DNA of 64,000 nt from the human T2T-CHM13v2.0 reference genome, Homo sapiens (GCF_009914755.1 NC_060934.1); one strand, 5' to 3'. Positions 1-16,947 are shown, numbered from the stretch's first letter. Program-made: numbers and translations. Notes: generated by a model not told the origin, from the sequence alone.

Positions 1-184
1 GGCTCCAGGAGAACAAGGCAGAAACCTACCAGGCCTCTTAAAACTAGACTCTGAATGATATAGTGAAACTTCTTTTGGACTCAAAGCCACAATCCACCCC
101 AGATTCAGGTAGAGGTAAATAGACCCCACCTTGCAATGTGAGGAGAGTCAAAAGAATTTATGGTCACTTTGAATCCACCACCAC
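1..184 (-). mobile_element. MLT1J/K-like MaLR LTR fragment (cut by window start)
   Basis: Segment 'gtaaatagaccccaccttgcaatgtgaggagagtcaaaagaatttatggtcactttgaatccaccaccaca' resembles the reverse-complemented start of old MLT1 LTRs (recalled consensus). Confidence 0.55.
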
Positions 185-1460
185 ATTCTAAATTTTACAT
201 AAATGTTGTCTGTACTTACGTTATTACTGTATAATTATTTATTTACATGTCACACTGTGAGCTCTTTGAAGACCAAAAACTTTGCCTTACTCATCTTTGT
301 ATTCCAGCACCCAGAACTGTACATAGTTTTGTTGCATTAATCATGTTGCTATTCCTTACTCTTTTAGGACAAATGGCTGCTTCAGAAGACTCCAGTATAA
401 TAGCAGGGCCAGGCAGTATTTGTAGAATACCTGGGAGTTTTCTCCAGTTCTACATACTAGTGAGAACTCTTCCATTTTGTTCTGTGATAATTTTTTCTCT
501 AAATGTTTCTTTTAGGGACTATAGCCAGTAATATGTTTCCTGTCATCTTCTTCCCAATGACTCCAGGAAAAAATGTTGGAAAGGCAAGGTGAGAGATTAG
601 ATTCTTCACCTTTTGTTACTGATTAGCAAAATTGAGCCTGGAAATCAGTAGAGAAAGGACGTTTTTAACAACAGGCAAATGAGGAGCTAGCTTTAAAAGA
701 AAACAAATCTCGTAACTTAAATATAATACATTTTGGAAGAAAAACTGGTTGATGGATAATTCATCACTCAGAAATTGCCAGATGATATGTATGGGTTGAC
801 GGATATTCTTTTACTTCATATATTAACTCTAACCTTGCTCAAAGCATTTAAATTCCTGTTTCCTCATCCATAAATTATACATATATATTAATCTAAAAGG
901 TAATTATAGTTTTTATGTTTCCATGGCTAATAGTAGAGAAACACACTCTAGTTTTAGAAGACATTTTCAAAATAGTCAAGGATGCTTTTGATTGCAGATT
1001 AAATGACTATCCCCCACTCGCTACCTCCTTCATTTCAACATAAAGATACTATTTAGTACTGAAAATTAGACAGAATTTTTTCTACTAAAACTAATTTCTT
1101 ATTTCCCAAACTTGATTAACCATAAGTTTTACCTCAAAATATAAATTCATAAGGAAATCTCCAGAGGGAGAAACCTAAGAATTATCCAAGGGTGATTCTT
1201 ATAATCAGGCAAATTTCAAAAACAGTCATAAAACCCAATACCCCTGAGTTAATCTAAGAAAATTGCTAAGTTATTTAGTTAGAAAAAAATTCTAGATTAT
1301 TGAATTTAGAAAGAAGAATTTCTAAATTTTTAAGAAATTGTTCTGAAATATTTTTCACAAGGAGAATCAGACTGATTTGAAGAAATAATCAAATGCGTTT
1401 ATTTCTCATGAGAATTTAACATATATGGAAAAGGGCTGAAGAGGTCGTCTCCATCCCCCG

Positions 1461-1808
1461 TGTCATGAACTAAATGCTTGTGCCTCCGATTCATATTTTG
1501 AAGTCCTAACCCCAAATAAGATGGTATTTGGCTGGCCTTTGGAAAGGAATCAAATTTAAATGAGGGTATGAGACTGTGGCCCCATGAGAGGATTACTGTC
1601 CTCATGAGAAGAGGAAGAGACACCAGAGCTCCCTATTTTTCCAACATGTGAGGACACTGCAAAAAGATGGCCGTGTGCAAGACAGAAAGTTGCCTTCACA
1701 ACAAACAGAATCTGCTGGCACCTGCATCTTGGACTTTACTGCCTCCAGAACTGTCTACTGTTTAACCACCCAGTCTATGGTATTTTTTTATATCAGCTAA
1801 GCTGACAT
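1461..1808 (+). mobile_element. MLT1A-type MaLR solo LTR
   Basis: Starts TGTCATGAACTAAATG; contains MLT1A hallmarks 'catgtgaggacac', 'tctgctggcacctgcatcttggacttt..gcctccagaactgt' and 'ccacccagtctatggtattt'. Confidence 0.75.
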
Positions 1809-1821
1809 CAGCTAAGCTGAC
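1792..1821. repeat. 15-bp tandem duplication (ATCAGCTAAGCTGAC)x2
   Basis: Exact direct repeat read in the sequence. Confidence 0.95.
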
Positions 1822-2492
1822 ATTTATTTATAGATAATAAAACTCAGGCCCAGTTTTTTCTATTTCTATTATTTTTATTATTATTAAAACTCCTTAAATA
1901 GACTTCTTTACAAGGGAGAAATCATCACTAATCCATCACGCCCGTCCATATTTCTACATAGATACCTTTTATCTACTTATATTATTCCTGCATACTGATT
2001 TATGTTTAGGTCCCAATCCATGCCTCCAAAATTTTGATTCAGCACACAATAAAAACACTGAGAATCTTTGGGAGAATAGTTGTGGTGATCACAGTGAGGA
2101 GTAGTTAGGGGGTAAGTCTTGTTTTGGGGGCTGGACTATAGAAAATGAGTGAGTATATCTAATTCAGTTAAATGTATTTGTAAAAGCTGTACATTTTTTT
2201 TCAGTTAGAGAAGAATTTGTTTTACTAATGATTCCTTCAAGTGCACATCTAGTTACAGTATCTACCTAAATCATCCTTTCAGTGATCATTGATTTTGATG
2301 TTTCCAAGCATAGGATTAACGACAGTAGTTTTTTTTTTAAGTCTCCCTTTGTATCCAATAAAAAGAATATTTATATACTTCAAAATAGAATCCTTCTTGA
2401 AAAGTAAAAAGGGAGGTTTTTCATTTTCTTTTTCCAATTACATCAGCATTCCCTAAATGAAAGTAATTTTCCTCTAGGAAACAAAATCAGTG

Positions 2493-2549
2493 CTCAGAAA
2501 AAAATATGGTTATAGGATGTACTCAGAAAAAAAATATGGTTATAGGATG
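2493..2549. repeat. ~29-bp tandem duplication CTCAG(A)7-8TATGGTTATAGGATG
   Basis: Two adjacent copies differing in A-run length. Confidence 0.95.
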
Positions 2550-2659
2550 AGGTCACCAATAATAAAATGGTGGTAAAGAACAATGCTTGTTATTCCAGAT
2601 CACATCAGATAAAATATTTGTGGGCATTATATAATTTACATGCTATGAGTTATGTAAAA

Positions 2660-2895
2660 GACTTTGGGCTTGGAGACATCCGGATATGAATGCTTCTCTA
2701 ATCTGTCTGTTATGAGAACCTAGGCATGTTATTTTTATCTTTCTGAGTCTCATAATTCTCATCTGTAAAATAAGCCTGATAAAAATTTTATCCATCTCCT
2801 GAGATCACCGTGATAATTAGATGAGTTATTGCACACTTTATATGTAGAACTGTGCCTGGCATATGATAAATGCTCAAGAAATGCAAGTGATTTGT
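2660..2895 (+). mobile_element. MIR SINE
   Basis: MIR core 'ctttctgagtctcataattctcatctgtaaaataag' and 3' 'agaactgtgcctggcatatgataaatgctcaagaaatg'. Confidence 0.7.
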
Positions 2896-3964
2896 GATTA
2901 TTTATTGCAAGAATGGAGATAACCCAAACCTTTGCATTTACATTGCTATATTAGCTTTTGCTACCATAGAGAGTCACCTAAACTTTGTAATTCAATTTTC
3001 AAAACACTGTTAATGTATTTGGTTTTAACATAAGAAGCCAATTGCCTACTGAATATAAATGGAGTACTCCTGAACATTTCTTAGCAATTGACCATCTCTG
3101 TGATCTGCTAAAGGTCATTGATTTTTCCCTTTGTCTCACCTTCTATGATGGCCACATGCAAGTTCAGGGGTTGATGTCATATAACCCTTTTCGGTTTTTT
3201 TTTGTTTTTTTTTTTAAGGAGAGTTCAGGGATTGGTAGAAAGGCACAACAGAGTTGGGCATACAAGTCGAAATCAGGAGACTTAACCACCTATATGACTG
3301 GGGTCAATCCACATGTCCATTCTATACACAATGTCCAGAGCTCACCATTTTGAGCTGCCAGGTATTACTTTGGCATCCCCTAATTCTGTCATTAGTGCTG
3401 TCATTTCCTTACACCCAGACTTTAAAATCTCATGCCTTCATCTTATTAAATGTCAAATAAAGACATATATATATATATATTTTTTTTAAAAAATCCCTCA
3501 TACACATTCTTAACACTCACTCCATGTTGATTCTCATTTCGGCCATCATCTTTGGCATGGGGTTTGTGGCAAAAGTGTTTACAACTATTTAAACTATGTC
3601 TGATCTCTTCCCACTCTAATGCATCCCACACCTGCTACTGGTTCAATCTCCATAAAGCTTAGCTACATGGCTTCAACTTGGCTTTTCACTCTTCACCCCA
3701 ATATTTGCCATCTATATCTTACCATTTTAGTCCAACAAATCTGATCATTCACTGTTCTCCAGAAATGTTTTGAGTATTCCCCATCTATTACCTTTGCTTT
3801 TGCCATTGCCTTGAATCTCTAATGCATGCCTCACGTCATTTTTGTGTGCATAAGATATTTCAGATATTCCTGTCTTCTATAAAGCCTGATGGATCCACCA
3901 AAATCTCTCGTCTCTTTGATCCTACATAACACTTAGTCACACTCTCCTGCTCTCTCTCTTTTTT

Positions 3965-4140
3965 GATGTGGAAAACACAGGCTTTAGTATCAAATAAACC
4001 TCAATGCACTTACTATGGGACATTGGGCAAGTATTGTGACTCACAGAATCATAGATTCATCTATATAATAGGGATGGTATAAGAGCAATATTTACCTTGG
4101 AGAGTTATTATGAGAGTAAAATGCAGCAAAGCTTATAAAA
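3965..4140 (+). mobile_element. MIR SINE (degenerate)
   Basis: 'cacttactatgggacattgggcaagt...ttcatctatataatagggatggta...tttaccttggagagttattatgaga'. Confidence 0.55.
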
Positions 4141-5524
4141 AGACCAGTCCAAAATTGAAACAAGGATGGTTAACTATTATTTTACTCATATTAAATGAAA
4201 TATAAAGTATATAATAAGACATGCCTTATAAATGGCAGAGGCTCGATAATTGTCCACTTAGATTTAAAATAAAAAATATTATCACTTAAAAAATTTTCTT
4301 CCACCATTAGTCAGACCACCTACTACTGCCCTAAGAATGACTACATTGTCCAGTCTTAAAGAGGCTTTTCTGCACAAATAACCAAGAGATGTCTGTTACT
4401 ATGAACCTACCATAGTAACAAACAAATTTAAAAGTAGCTGAAAAATTAGAGCAGGAAATAAGTACCCAAAGCCTGCCAACTGTCAGCAAAATGCTAACCT
4501 GCTTGAATATTTTCTTGGTTTCTGTTTTAAAAACATGAGGGCTGAAGTACTAAAATTTGTGATCCAAAACTAAACATAGTAAGACACAAATAACAGTGTA
4601 AACGTTTTGGTTGTGTAACCCATCCTACTTTGGTTGATGGAACTTGGAGAAACAGATGGTGATGTCCATGACTGTTTGATCATTGACACATCCTGTATTA
4701 TGCAAGTATGGAACTGGGTAGTATAAAAGGCTGCTCTCATTAGGAAAGTTTGACCTGTGTGCTATTTATGGCTCAGAATTTGATGTTACCATAGCAAATG
4801 AAATGGAGTTCAAGAGAGACAATATTCCTTAACCTAAGTACATTACCAACAAAACTAATTCTAAGATCATTACCTTTCTATGAGGCCTGCAGTCAACATT
4901 CCAAACCCTAGACAGTCAATAAACAGAAAAGAGAATTTGGCACAAGCAGTTGAGAAGAGGAATCCATTTAGTTTCACAATGGGGCTGGCCCTAAAAAGGA
5001 CTAGGAAAATTCCAGTTGAGGATTTACCTAGTATATCTTCCCTCACGTTTGGTCCTAACTTGTTCATCTTTGATTTCTTAGTTGAATTGTTTCCCCTGTG
5101 ACCTTCTATTCTATTCATTCTCTTGCTTCCTTGCCTCTTTACTTCATGATGAGGACTAAACTCTTTCTATAATGAGCATTCAGCATCAGTCAATAGCTAA
5201 GGCTTAGCTATTGAGAATAACTCAATAGGTTTTAGTTGTAATATATTTCAGTAAATAATTTATTATATCATTACATAATGATTAGATAATACTCAATGCA
5301 TTCTAATTAGTAATCTTTTATAGAAAATGTATTCAGGCATCTAACATAACTGAATTCTTACTTCCCTTCCATTTTTTCCTGTCTTTTAGATTTCCACATC
5401 TATAAAATGGAAATGATAGTAGTAAACTCTTTTGAGAATTTCTTAGAAGATTAAATAAGAAAATTCATGCACAGTTCCTGATACCTCATAACTGGCCCAT
5501 AAATTTTAAGACATTGCCTGTCTC

Positions 5525-6120
5525 ATTATGTCAGTCAGCAAATATTTTTTGAAAATCTATTTTGCATGAGGTCTAGAGATGACAGAACTGTATTCATTGC
5601 CCTAAAGAGAATCTCAAGCTAAAATGAGTTACATGATAACTCACAAAACAAGACCAAACTCATCACCATGAGAGCTTTGAGGGGAATCATCTAAGTCAGT
5701 CAGGGATTGAGGAGGAAGAAGGTGTCAGGAAAGCTGCGCAGAGGAGGCAACTCATTAGGGACGTCTCGAAGGATTTCATAAATAAAAAAGAGGTTTGGCA
5801 ATAAAAATGGTGAAGGAAAACACTGAAAGGGCCCAGAGATCAGAGAAAGACTAGAGTGTCTGAGAGATTAAAAGGGGCTCTGCAAAACAACTTAGACTTA
5901 GGGGTTTTGGGGAGAAATAAGGCTGGCCATTTGCCCCAGTCATGATGGGGGAGAGCTTTGTATGACAGAGTGAGAAGGTTGGATTTCATCCTGAAGGAAA
6001 GGGGGAAGCAAAGGCCTAGAAATATTAAAAGAAGGCTGAGGAATGACAGGATCATACAAAAAGGAGAGGCAAGTTAGAAAGCCACTGCAACAGCTCGTGT
6101 TAAAAGAGGTGAGCCAGCAA
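5525..6120 (-). mobile_element. L2 LINE relic
   Basis: 'tcagtcagcaaatatttttt...cattgccctaaagagaatctca...gaaggttggatttcatcctgaagg' resembles antisense L2 3' region. Confidence 0.5.
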
Positions 6121-6768
6121 AGAGAGCAAAAAGGAAGGTTCAGACTGAGTGTTTTGTGGAAGTCCTTTGTTTTTTACTGAATCGACATGTTCTTATTTCT
6201 AGGTTTAGAAATTTGTTAATGTTTTGTTCAATGAGGTTACAGATTTCTAAAATGTGTTTCTTTAGGCTTTCATACTTTATTCTCTTCTCGGTGAGAACCT
6301 GAAAAATAGTGTGAATAACTTGAAAAGCTACTAAGGTGGTTGGATTAAAAAAATAGTGCAGACAAAAAATAATAAGGAAAATTGGCTACACTCTATTTTC
6401 TGTTTGCTTTTTCTCAGTCACATTGCCCTGCATTTAAGTGTCTCAAATACAGTATTAATTCCCTGCAAGGTAAGTACTAAGAAGGCAGGTAGTAACACTC
6501 ATTTTTGCTCAGTAGAGACTGTCCCTGAGAAAGGCCTGGAATTTGCCCAAGTCTATTTACCTAATTAGAGATGGAGTTGGGCTGTCACACCTGCTGTAAC
6601 ACAGAGGTTTTTCAAAATAAAGATCACATCAGTAGGAATGTTTTTCTGGGAAGAGCAGCTTGACTTCTTCAGGAAAAGAATGAGGGTAGTGATTCATTTC
6701 CAATGCCAGAGACATTATAGAGACATTATGCAGAATATGTCCAAGTCTCAGAATCTTGGTCTGCACGT

Positions 6769-6769
<1 letters not shown>

Positions 6770-6809
<40 letters not shown>

Positions 6810-6843
6810 CTCTCTCTCTCTCTCCCTCTCTCTCTTTCTCTCT
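6770..6843. repeat. Compound (CA)n(CT)n microsatellite
   Basis: Read directly. Confidence 0.97.
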
Positions 6844-9149
6844 TACACTTCATGATAGCTGGGGTAAAACATCTTTCAAATGGAGTAGAGCGATAGGGAG
6901 GTAAATTTCACTTTCTACCAAATATAGCATAGGAACTGTCTTGAATTTTTTCAGTGGCACTTTCCCTAAGTCAAGTATGGGTATCTTCTCCACACTTTTC
7001 ACTCCTATCTCTGCATTTGTCTCCTAAGGAAAATGAATGAAATTACCCACAGAATATGGGAAACAGGCCAATGAATCCCTTGATAATTGGGTTTTCACTG
7101 CAGGAGAAAGCTGAAAAGGTATTCTAGCAGCAGATCACACAAAGAAAAATGAGGCAGTAGAGATAAGGGAGTTAGTTTGATCAAAACATAAAAAGAACAG
7201 CAAATTCCAAGTAAGACCAAAGTTTATCTTGGGCTTTTATAGGTAAGGGCTGTAACACTAGTTCTTGCTTCTTTCTATTCAATTTATTTTCCAAATATAC
7301 ACTGCCTTATGCTTGAATAAGTTGTTAAACTATTTTGTTTCGAATCTTTGGGATACTCTTGATAACATTTACAAACAGGTTAGATAATGTATTTCATGTC
7401 CTACATTTCTGAATTTTGATCCTTGTCCTGCTGATCTCCTAGTATGCCTTCTTTTTTACTTTGACTTAACATAGAAGACTAGCAACAATACGCTAGAATT
7501 TATTTCCCAGTGATAGCTTTTAGTGGATTAAGATAATATTTGTATCCCATCAAGGCAAAGAATACTGTCATCACTCTGAACTTTCAAGCAGTTCTTCAAG
7601 GTTTATACATTTTATCTCATTCTTCCCCCCCGCCGCCACTAAAGCAGATCAGTAGAGATGTAAGAACAGGTCTAATCGAGATGGGAAAACACAAATAAAG
7701 ATAAGTCAAATAACTTGCCAATCAATAAGTATAGTACTATGTCCTTTAGAATTGCATACCAAGGCTCCGAGTGTCTGCTAGCAGGTCAATAAAATTCAGA
7801 ACAATTAATAATTAAATGTGAGGTGAGGGGGAGGTAAAAATTAAACACTTGCAATTTCATAAACAAAACAGTTGACGAAATTTTTAGTGTTTGTAGAGTG
7901 GTAATAGTGAGATTTAACTGATTTTTATGTTACCTTTTATGAAGATTGGAGGGTGCATAAATATGGCATGTGCTAAAGATCTAGCATTAGATCCTCTGCT
8001 TCTTTCTAGTTAGATACAATGCTTTTACCTTTGGAATAATTTTGCTATTTAGATAGGAAAAAGATGCAGTTAAGTTTATCTTATTGTATCTTTACCATCT
8101 ATAAATCATTATTATTTTGTAGAAATGAATCAAAAAAAGTTTTAAGGTTTTTGTGACTATTTAAAGCAAATAAATTTATACTGAAATTTCATTTACTTTT
8201 TTTTACTGTTGTTAATTGAGTTAATCTTTAGTCGAGTTGAGATTATATTGAATTTTAAAATATAAAGTAATGCAGATTAAACACTAAGCATGGAATTCTG
8301 GAAGTCAATCATTGCCTTCATTTGCCACAAACTCCTTTCACATCCTTGGCTTCTCCAAGACAGTCTTAACAATAACTAAAGAGCTAAAGGAAGTAATAGC
8401 TATTAAAAAACAGAGTTAGTATGGTGTGGAAATTAGACTAATTAATTCATTATTCAAGTAAAACTTTTTATAACTACTATGCATGAACCAAATTTTAATA
8501 CTTTGCTAACTGTAATTTTTCCCCCCAATGACATGCAAATAATAAATTTTTCTCCTTTCCCCAACATCCCCTAACATTTGTGTTCTGTTCCTTTAAACAG
8601 TGTCAAGATGCATTAAATAAATACAAAGTTAGCCTGATGAAGAACAAACTTATTTTCATTCTAAAAAAGGCATCACTTGCTCAGTTGCTCTGTCATGCCT
8701 GTGGACGTTGTTATCGCTCATATCTTTTAAACACACAGCATCCCTTTCTTCCTTCTTATCCAGGCTGTCACCAAATCCTTTTACTTCTTGCCCAACAGTC
8801 TCTTAACTCTATCTCTTCTTTGGTCTCTTTTGCCAAATACCATATGCTGATTAGGCCTTCTCTTAATGTTTTCTTTTGTTTATTTTAAACCTCTTGATTC
8901 CTCTCTCCCTGATTGCCACCTCACTGCTAGAATTATCTTTTGTTGTTGGGATTTCCATTAAGGCATTTTCTTAGAAATTTTCCTTTCTAAACAAAGTTAA
9001 AAACAACTGTTTAAAAATCACTCTGCTGTTCCCAGGAAGCAGGAATAGATATGTACATTTGGCCTCCCATATGTCATCTTATTCATTTCCCAGGGAGGCT
9101 GTTATATATTTTTAAAATGCATGTATTAGAATTAAAAATGCATAATATT

Positions 9150-9297
9150 AATGTTGCTTATGTTTACTGGTTGCCTACTATACACCAGTCACTTTATATA
9201 AATAACATTACTTACCTGCAACAACTGTTCAGGTAATAAGCATTATCCCCATTTTTCAACTGAGGGAACTGAACACAGATAATTTTAGTTACCTGCA
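9150..9297 (-). mobile_element. MIR SINE
   Basis: 'cattatccccatttttcaactgagggaactgaacacaga' is the antisense MIR core. Confidence 0.65.
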
Positions 9298-10995
9298 TCT
9301 CGTTCCGCCTAAAACTGCCTCCCATTAATAACAACTCATCTTTTATCTGTACCTTGCTAACTTCTTTCTTCGGTTTGTAGTGGGATAGAACTCATTGTAC
9401 TAACTCCAATTTCCACCCAAGTTTTCCTAACAGAACTGAGCTGACCTGGAATATTTCCTAGCTCCAGTGATCTTTTAGACCCCCTGCAGCAAAGCTCTGG
9501 GTTTGGACTATGGGGAAATGACCACTGTCTTAGCAAGACATTAAAGGGGGATTTTTTTCTCTACTTTCTGTTAGTACACATTTATTGTTCCCTTAAATTT
9601 AGAGGTGGGGATTGGACTTAAGATAAAGACGTTTTTGAAAGAAAGCAGTGAAGAATTTAAGATGTCTGAAAAGGCAGGTCTAGAGACTTCCCAAGACAAG
9701 AAAGGAATTAACTGGGCCCCCTAGAAATGGCAGTGGTTTAAGAATGGCAAAGCCTTGAAAATGGTTTAGAAAATTCCCAAAGGTCTCCTCACTTCCTTAG
9801 ATTTCCTATCTAAAATTCTTCCCTTTTTTTCCTTTTCATCCTTATTTATCAATTTGACTATTTATTGAACCCAATGATAGGCTTTAATTTTCTATTAATC
9901 TGTACAGTCATTACCAGAGTTTGATACTATTTCCATTTTTAATATGTGTAATAAATAAGTCTTAGAGAGGTTTTGTGATTTGCCTAAGATCACTTGTTAG
10001 TACTAGGTAAATAAGGAGAATTTGAACCCAAATCTCTCTGTCCTCAAAAGGTAAGGCTCTTAACCATTACCCTAAATTGCTTTTTCTAAAGGTTTCTATG
10101 CATCTACTGTATAGCACTAAGAATGAGAGGCCGAATAATTAGAAGTTATCCCTGACCACAAAAAATTTATACATGAAGAAAGGAAGTGGGCAAGAAAGGA
10201 AATGATAGTATGTGGTAAAGAGTTATTGTAGAAAAATTAGCCCAGTGTTCTAACTCTATTGGATTATTATAAAAGGTATTTTTTTTTGTCTTGTGCCCTG
10301 CCACCAACCACATTCCCCAAGAGTAGATCAGCCAAAGCTTTCTTCTTCAGAAGGATATCTAGAAAAAATTCACACACATAGGCAAAACATGAGCAGGAGG
10401 TAAGAGTAAGAGGCAATGCTGAAAGAAAAGTGGAGAAAGACATGAAAATATACTAAACAGTTACCTTAAAATATGTTAAATAAGAATTGTAAAAAAGCAA
10501 AAGGCCGTAATATAGTAAGCTTAAAAGAGCAAGATGTAGAATGATATGTTTTCAACTATTATTCTCTTTCCAGAAAAATAAATAAATAAAACCTCCTTCT
10601 ATGACACGAATGCTAGTTTATGTGTATATAAGGAAGGAGAGGAGAATACATAGGGGAGTTTGTCAAAGATTAGTGTTGTGTTTATGCATCTCTGCATGAA
10701 TTATTTAATACACCACACCAAGCATCATTTCCTTTTGTAATCTAAAAGACATCAAAATGGAGTAATGTGGAAGTTATTTTTTTTATTATTATTATACTTT
10801 AAGTTTTAGGGTACATGTGCACAATGTGCAGGTTAGTTACATATGTATACATGTGACATGCTGGTGTGCTGCACCCATTAACTTGTCATTTAGCATTAGG
10901 TATATCTCCTAATGCCATCCCTCCCCCCGGCCCCCTCCCCACAACAGTCCCCAGAGTGTGATGTTCCCCTTCCTGTGTCCATGTGTTCTCATTGT

Positions 10996-14817
<3,822 letters not shown>

Positions 14818-14879
14818 TATGATGTTTGCTGGTTATTTGCTCGTTAGTTGATGCAGTTTCTTCCTAGTCTCGAGGGTCT

Positions 14880-15887
14880 TTACATTTTGGCATGATTTTG
14901 CAGCGGCTGGTACCGGTCGTTCCTTTCCATGTTCAGTGCTTCCTTCAGGAGCTCTTTTAGGGCAGACCTGGTGGTGACAAAATCTCTCAGCATTTGCTTG
15001 TCTGTAAAGGATTTTATTTCTCCTTCACTTATGAAGCTTAGTTTGGCTGGATATGAAATTCTGGGTTGAAAATTCTTTTCTTTAAGAATGTTGAATATTG
15101 GCCCCCACTTTCTTCTGGCTTGTAGAGTTTCTTCCGAGAGATCTGCTGTTAGTCTGATGGGCTTCCCTTTGTGGGTAACCCGACCTTTCTCTCTGGCTGC
15201 CCTTAACATTTTTTCCTTCATTTCAACTTTGGTGAATCTGACAATTATGTGTCTTGGAGTTGCTCAAGGAGTATCTTTGTGGCGTTCTCTGTATTTCCTG
15301 AATCTAAACGTTGGCCTGCCTTGCTAGATTGGGGAAGTTCTCCTGGATAATATCCTGCAGAGTGTTTTCCAACTTGGTTCCATTCTCCCCGTCACTTTCA
15401 GGTACACCAATCAGACGTAGATTAGGTCTTTTCACATAGTCCCATATTTCTTGGAGGCTTTGTTCGTTTCTTTTTATTCTTTTTTCTCTAAACTTCCCTT
15501 CTCACTTCATTTCATTAATTTCATCTTCCATCACTGATACCTTTTCTTCCAGCTGATCGCATCTGCTCCTGAGGCTTCTGCATTCTTCACGTAGTTCTCG
15601 AGCCTTGTCTTTCAGCTCCATCAGCTCCTTTAAGCACTTCTCTGTATTGGTTATTCTAGTTATGCATTCGTCTAAATTTTTTTCAAAGTTTTCAACTTCT
15701 TTGCCTTTGGTTTGAATTTCCTCCTGTAGCTCGGAGAAGTTTGTCTGAAGCCTTCTTCTCTCAACTCATCAAAGTCATTCTCTGTCCAGCTTTGTTCCAT
15801 TGCTGGTGAGGAGCTGCAGTCCTTTGGAGGAGGAGAGGCACTCTGCTTTTTAGAGTTTCCAGTTTTTCTGCTCTGTTTTTTCCCCAT
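14880..15887 (-). pseudogene. L1 ORF1p, disrupted
   Basis: MGKKQSRKTGNSK at 15887, ...LQNHAKM* at 14880; span is 1008 nt versus 1017 for an intact ORF1, with frameshifting deletions near 15742 and 15266 and an early stop at 15672. Confidence 0.95.
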
Positions 15888-16920
15888 CTTTGTGGTTTTA
15901 TCTACTTTTGGTCTTTGATGATGGTGATGTACAGATGGGTTTTTGACGTGGATGTCCTTTCTGTTTGTTAGTTTTCCTTCTAACAGACAGGACCCTCAGC
16001 TGCAAGTCTGTTGGAATTTGCTAGAGGTCCACTCCAGACCCTGTTTGCCTGGGTATCAGCAGCGGTGGCTGCAGAACAGCAGATTTTCATGAACCGTGAA
16101 TGCTGCTGTGTGATCGTTCCTCTGGAAGTTTTGTCTCAGAGGAGTACCCAGCCATGTGAGGTGTCAGTCTTCCCCTACTGGGAGGTACCTCCCAGTTAGG
16201 CTGCCCTGGGGTCAGGGGTCAGGGACCCACTTGAGGAGGCAGTCTGCTCGTTCTCAGATCAGCTGCGTGCTGGGAGAACCACTGTTATCTTCAAAGCTGT
16301 CAGACAGGGACATTTAAGTCTGCAGAGGTTACTGCTGTCTTTTTGTTTGTCTGTGCCCTGCCCCCAGAGGTGGAGAGTACAGAGGCAGGCAGGCCTCTTT
16401 GAGCTGTGGTGGGCTCCACCCAGTTCCAGCTTCCCGGCTGCTTTGTTTACCTAAGCAAGCCTGGGCAATGGCGGGTGCCCCTCCCCCAGCCTCGCTGCTG
16501 CCTTGCAGTTTGATCTCAGACTGCTGTGTTAACAATCAGGGAGATTCCGTGGGCCTAGGACCCTCCGAGCCGGGTGTGGGATATAATCCCCTGGTGTGCC
16601 GTTTTTTAAGCCCTTCGGAAAAGTGCAGTATTCGGGTGGGAGTGACCCGATTTTCCAGGTGCTGTCTGTCACCCCTTTCTTTGACTAGGAAAGGGAACTC
16701 CCTGACCCCTTGTGCTTCCCGAGTGAGGCAATGCCTCGCCCTGCTTCAGCTCACGCACAGTGTGCTGCACCCACTGTCCTGCGCCCACTGTCTGGCACTC
16801 CCTAATGAGGCGAAGCTGGTACCTTTGATGGAAATGCAGAAATCACCCGTCTTCTGCATCGCTCACGCTGGGAGCTGTAGACTGGAGCTGTTCCTATTTG
16901 GCCATCTTGGCTCCTCCTCC
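15888..16920 (-). promoter_or_regulatory. L1 5'UTR internal sense promoter plus antisense promoter; YY1 site at the 5' end
   Basis: CAAGATGGCC YY1 motif (plus-strand ggccatcttg, 16900-16909); complete 5'UTR, with many CpGs decayed to TG/CA. Confidence 0.8.
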
Positions 16921-16947
16921 TGGAAGTTATTTTTAAAAGTGAAATAA
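16468..16947 (+). CDS. L1 antisense ORF0, C-terminally extended (159 aa); expression unknown
   Basis: MAGAPPPASLLPCSLISDCC...GPSEPGVGY...IRVGVTRFSRC matches ORF0; ATG in GCAATGG context; frame open to TAA at 16945-16947. Confidence 0.55.
   Translation: MAGAPPPASLLPCSLISDCCVNNQGDSVGLGPSEPGVGYNPLVCRFLSPSEKCSIRVGVTRFSRCCLSPLSLTRKGNSLTPCASRVRQCLALLQLTHSVLHPLSCAHCLALPNEAKLVPLMEMQKSPVFCIAHAGSCRLELFLFGHLGSSSWKLFLKVK

Noticed and set aside
2493-2549. Short direct repeats as a CRISPR-like array (also 1792, 47111, 53095, 59541)
   Set aside because: Only two adjacent copies each with no spacers, in eukaryotic DNA; simple tandem duplications.
6629-6904. ORFs with HTHTHT or CVCVCV runs (also 51525-51762 and 57453-57675)
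   Set aside because: Translations of (CA)n microsatellites.
7104-7210. Possible plus-strand exon (ttttcactgcag|...CAA|gtaaga)
   Set aside because: Short pyrimidine tract, stops in all frames and an internal competing donor; indistinguishable from chance.
247-9236. Short ORFs of 60-103 aa in unique or old-repeat DNA
   Set aside because: No recognisable domains, many non-ATG starts, and lengths expected by chance; no coherent exon chain.
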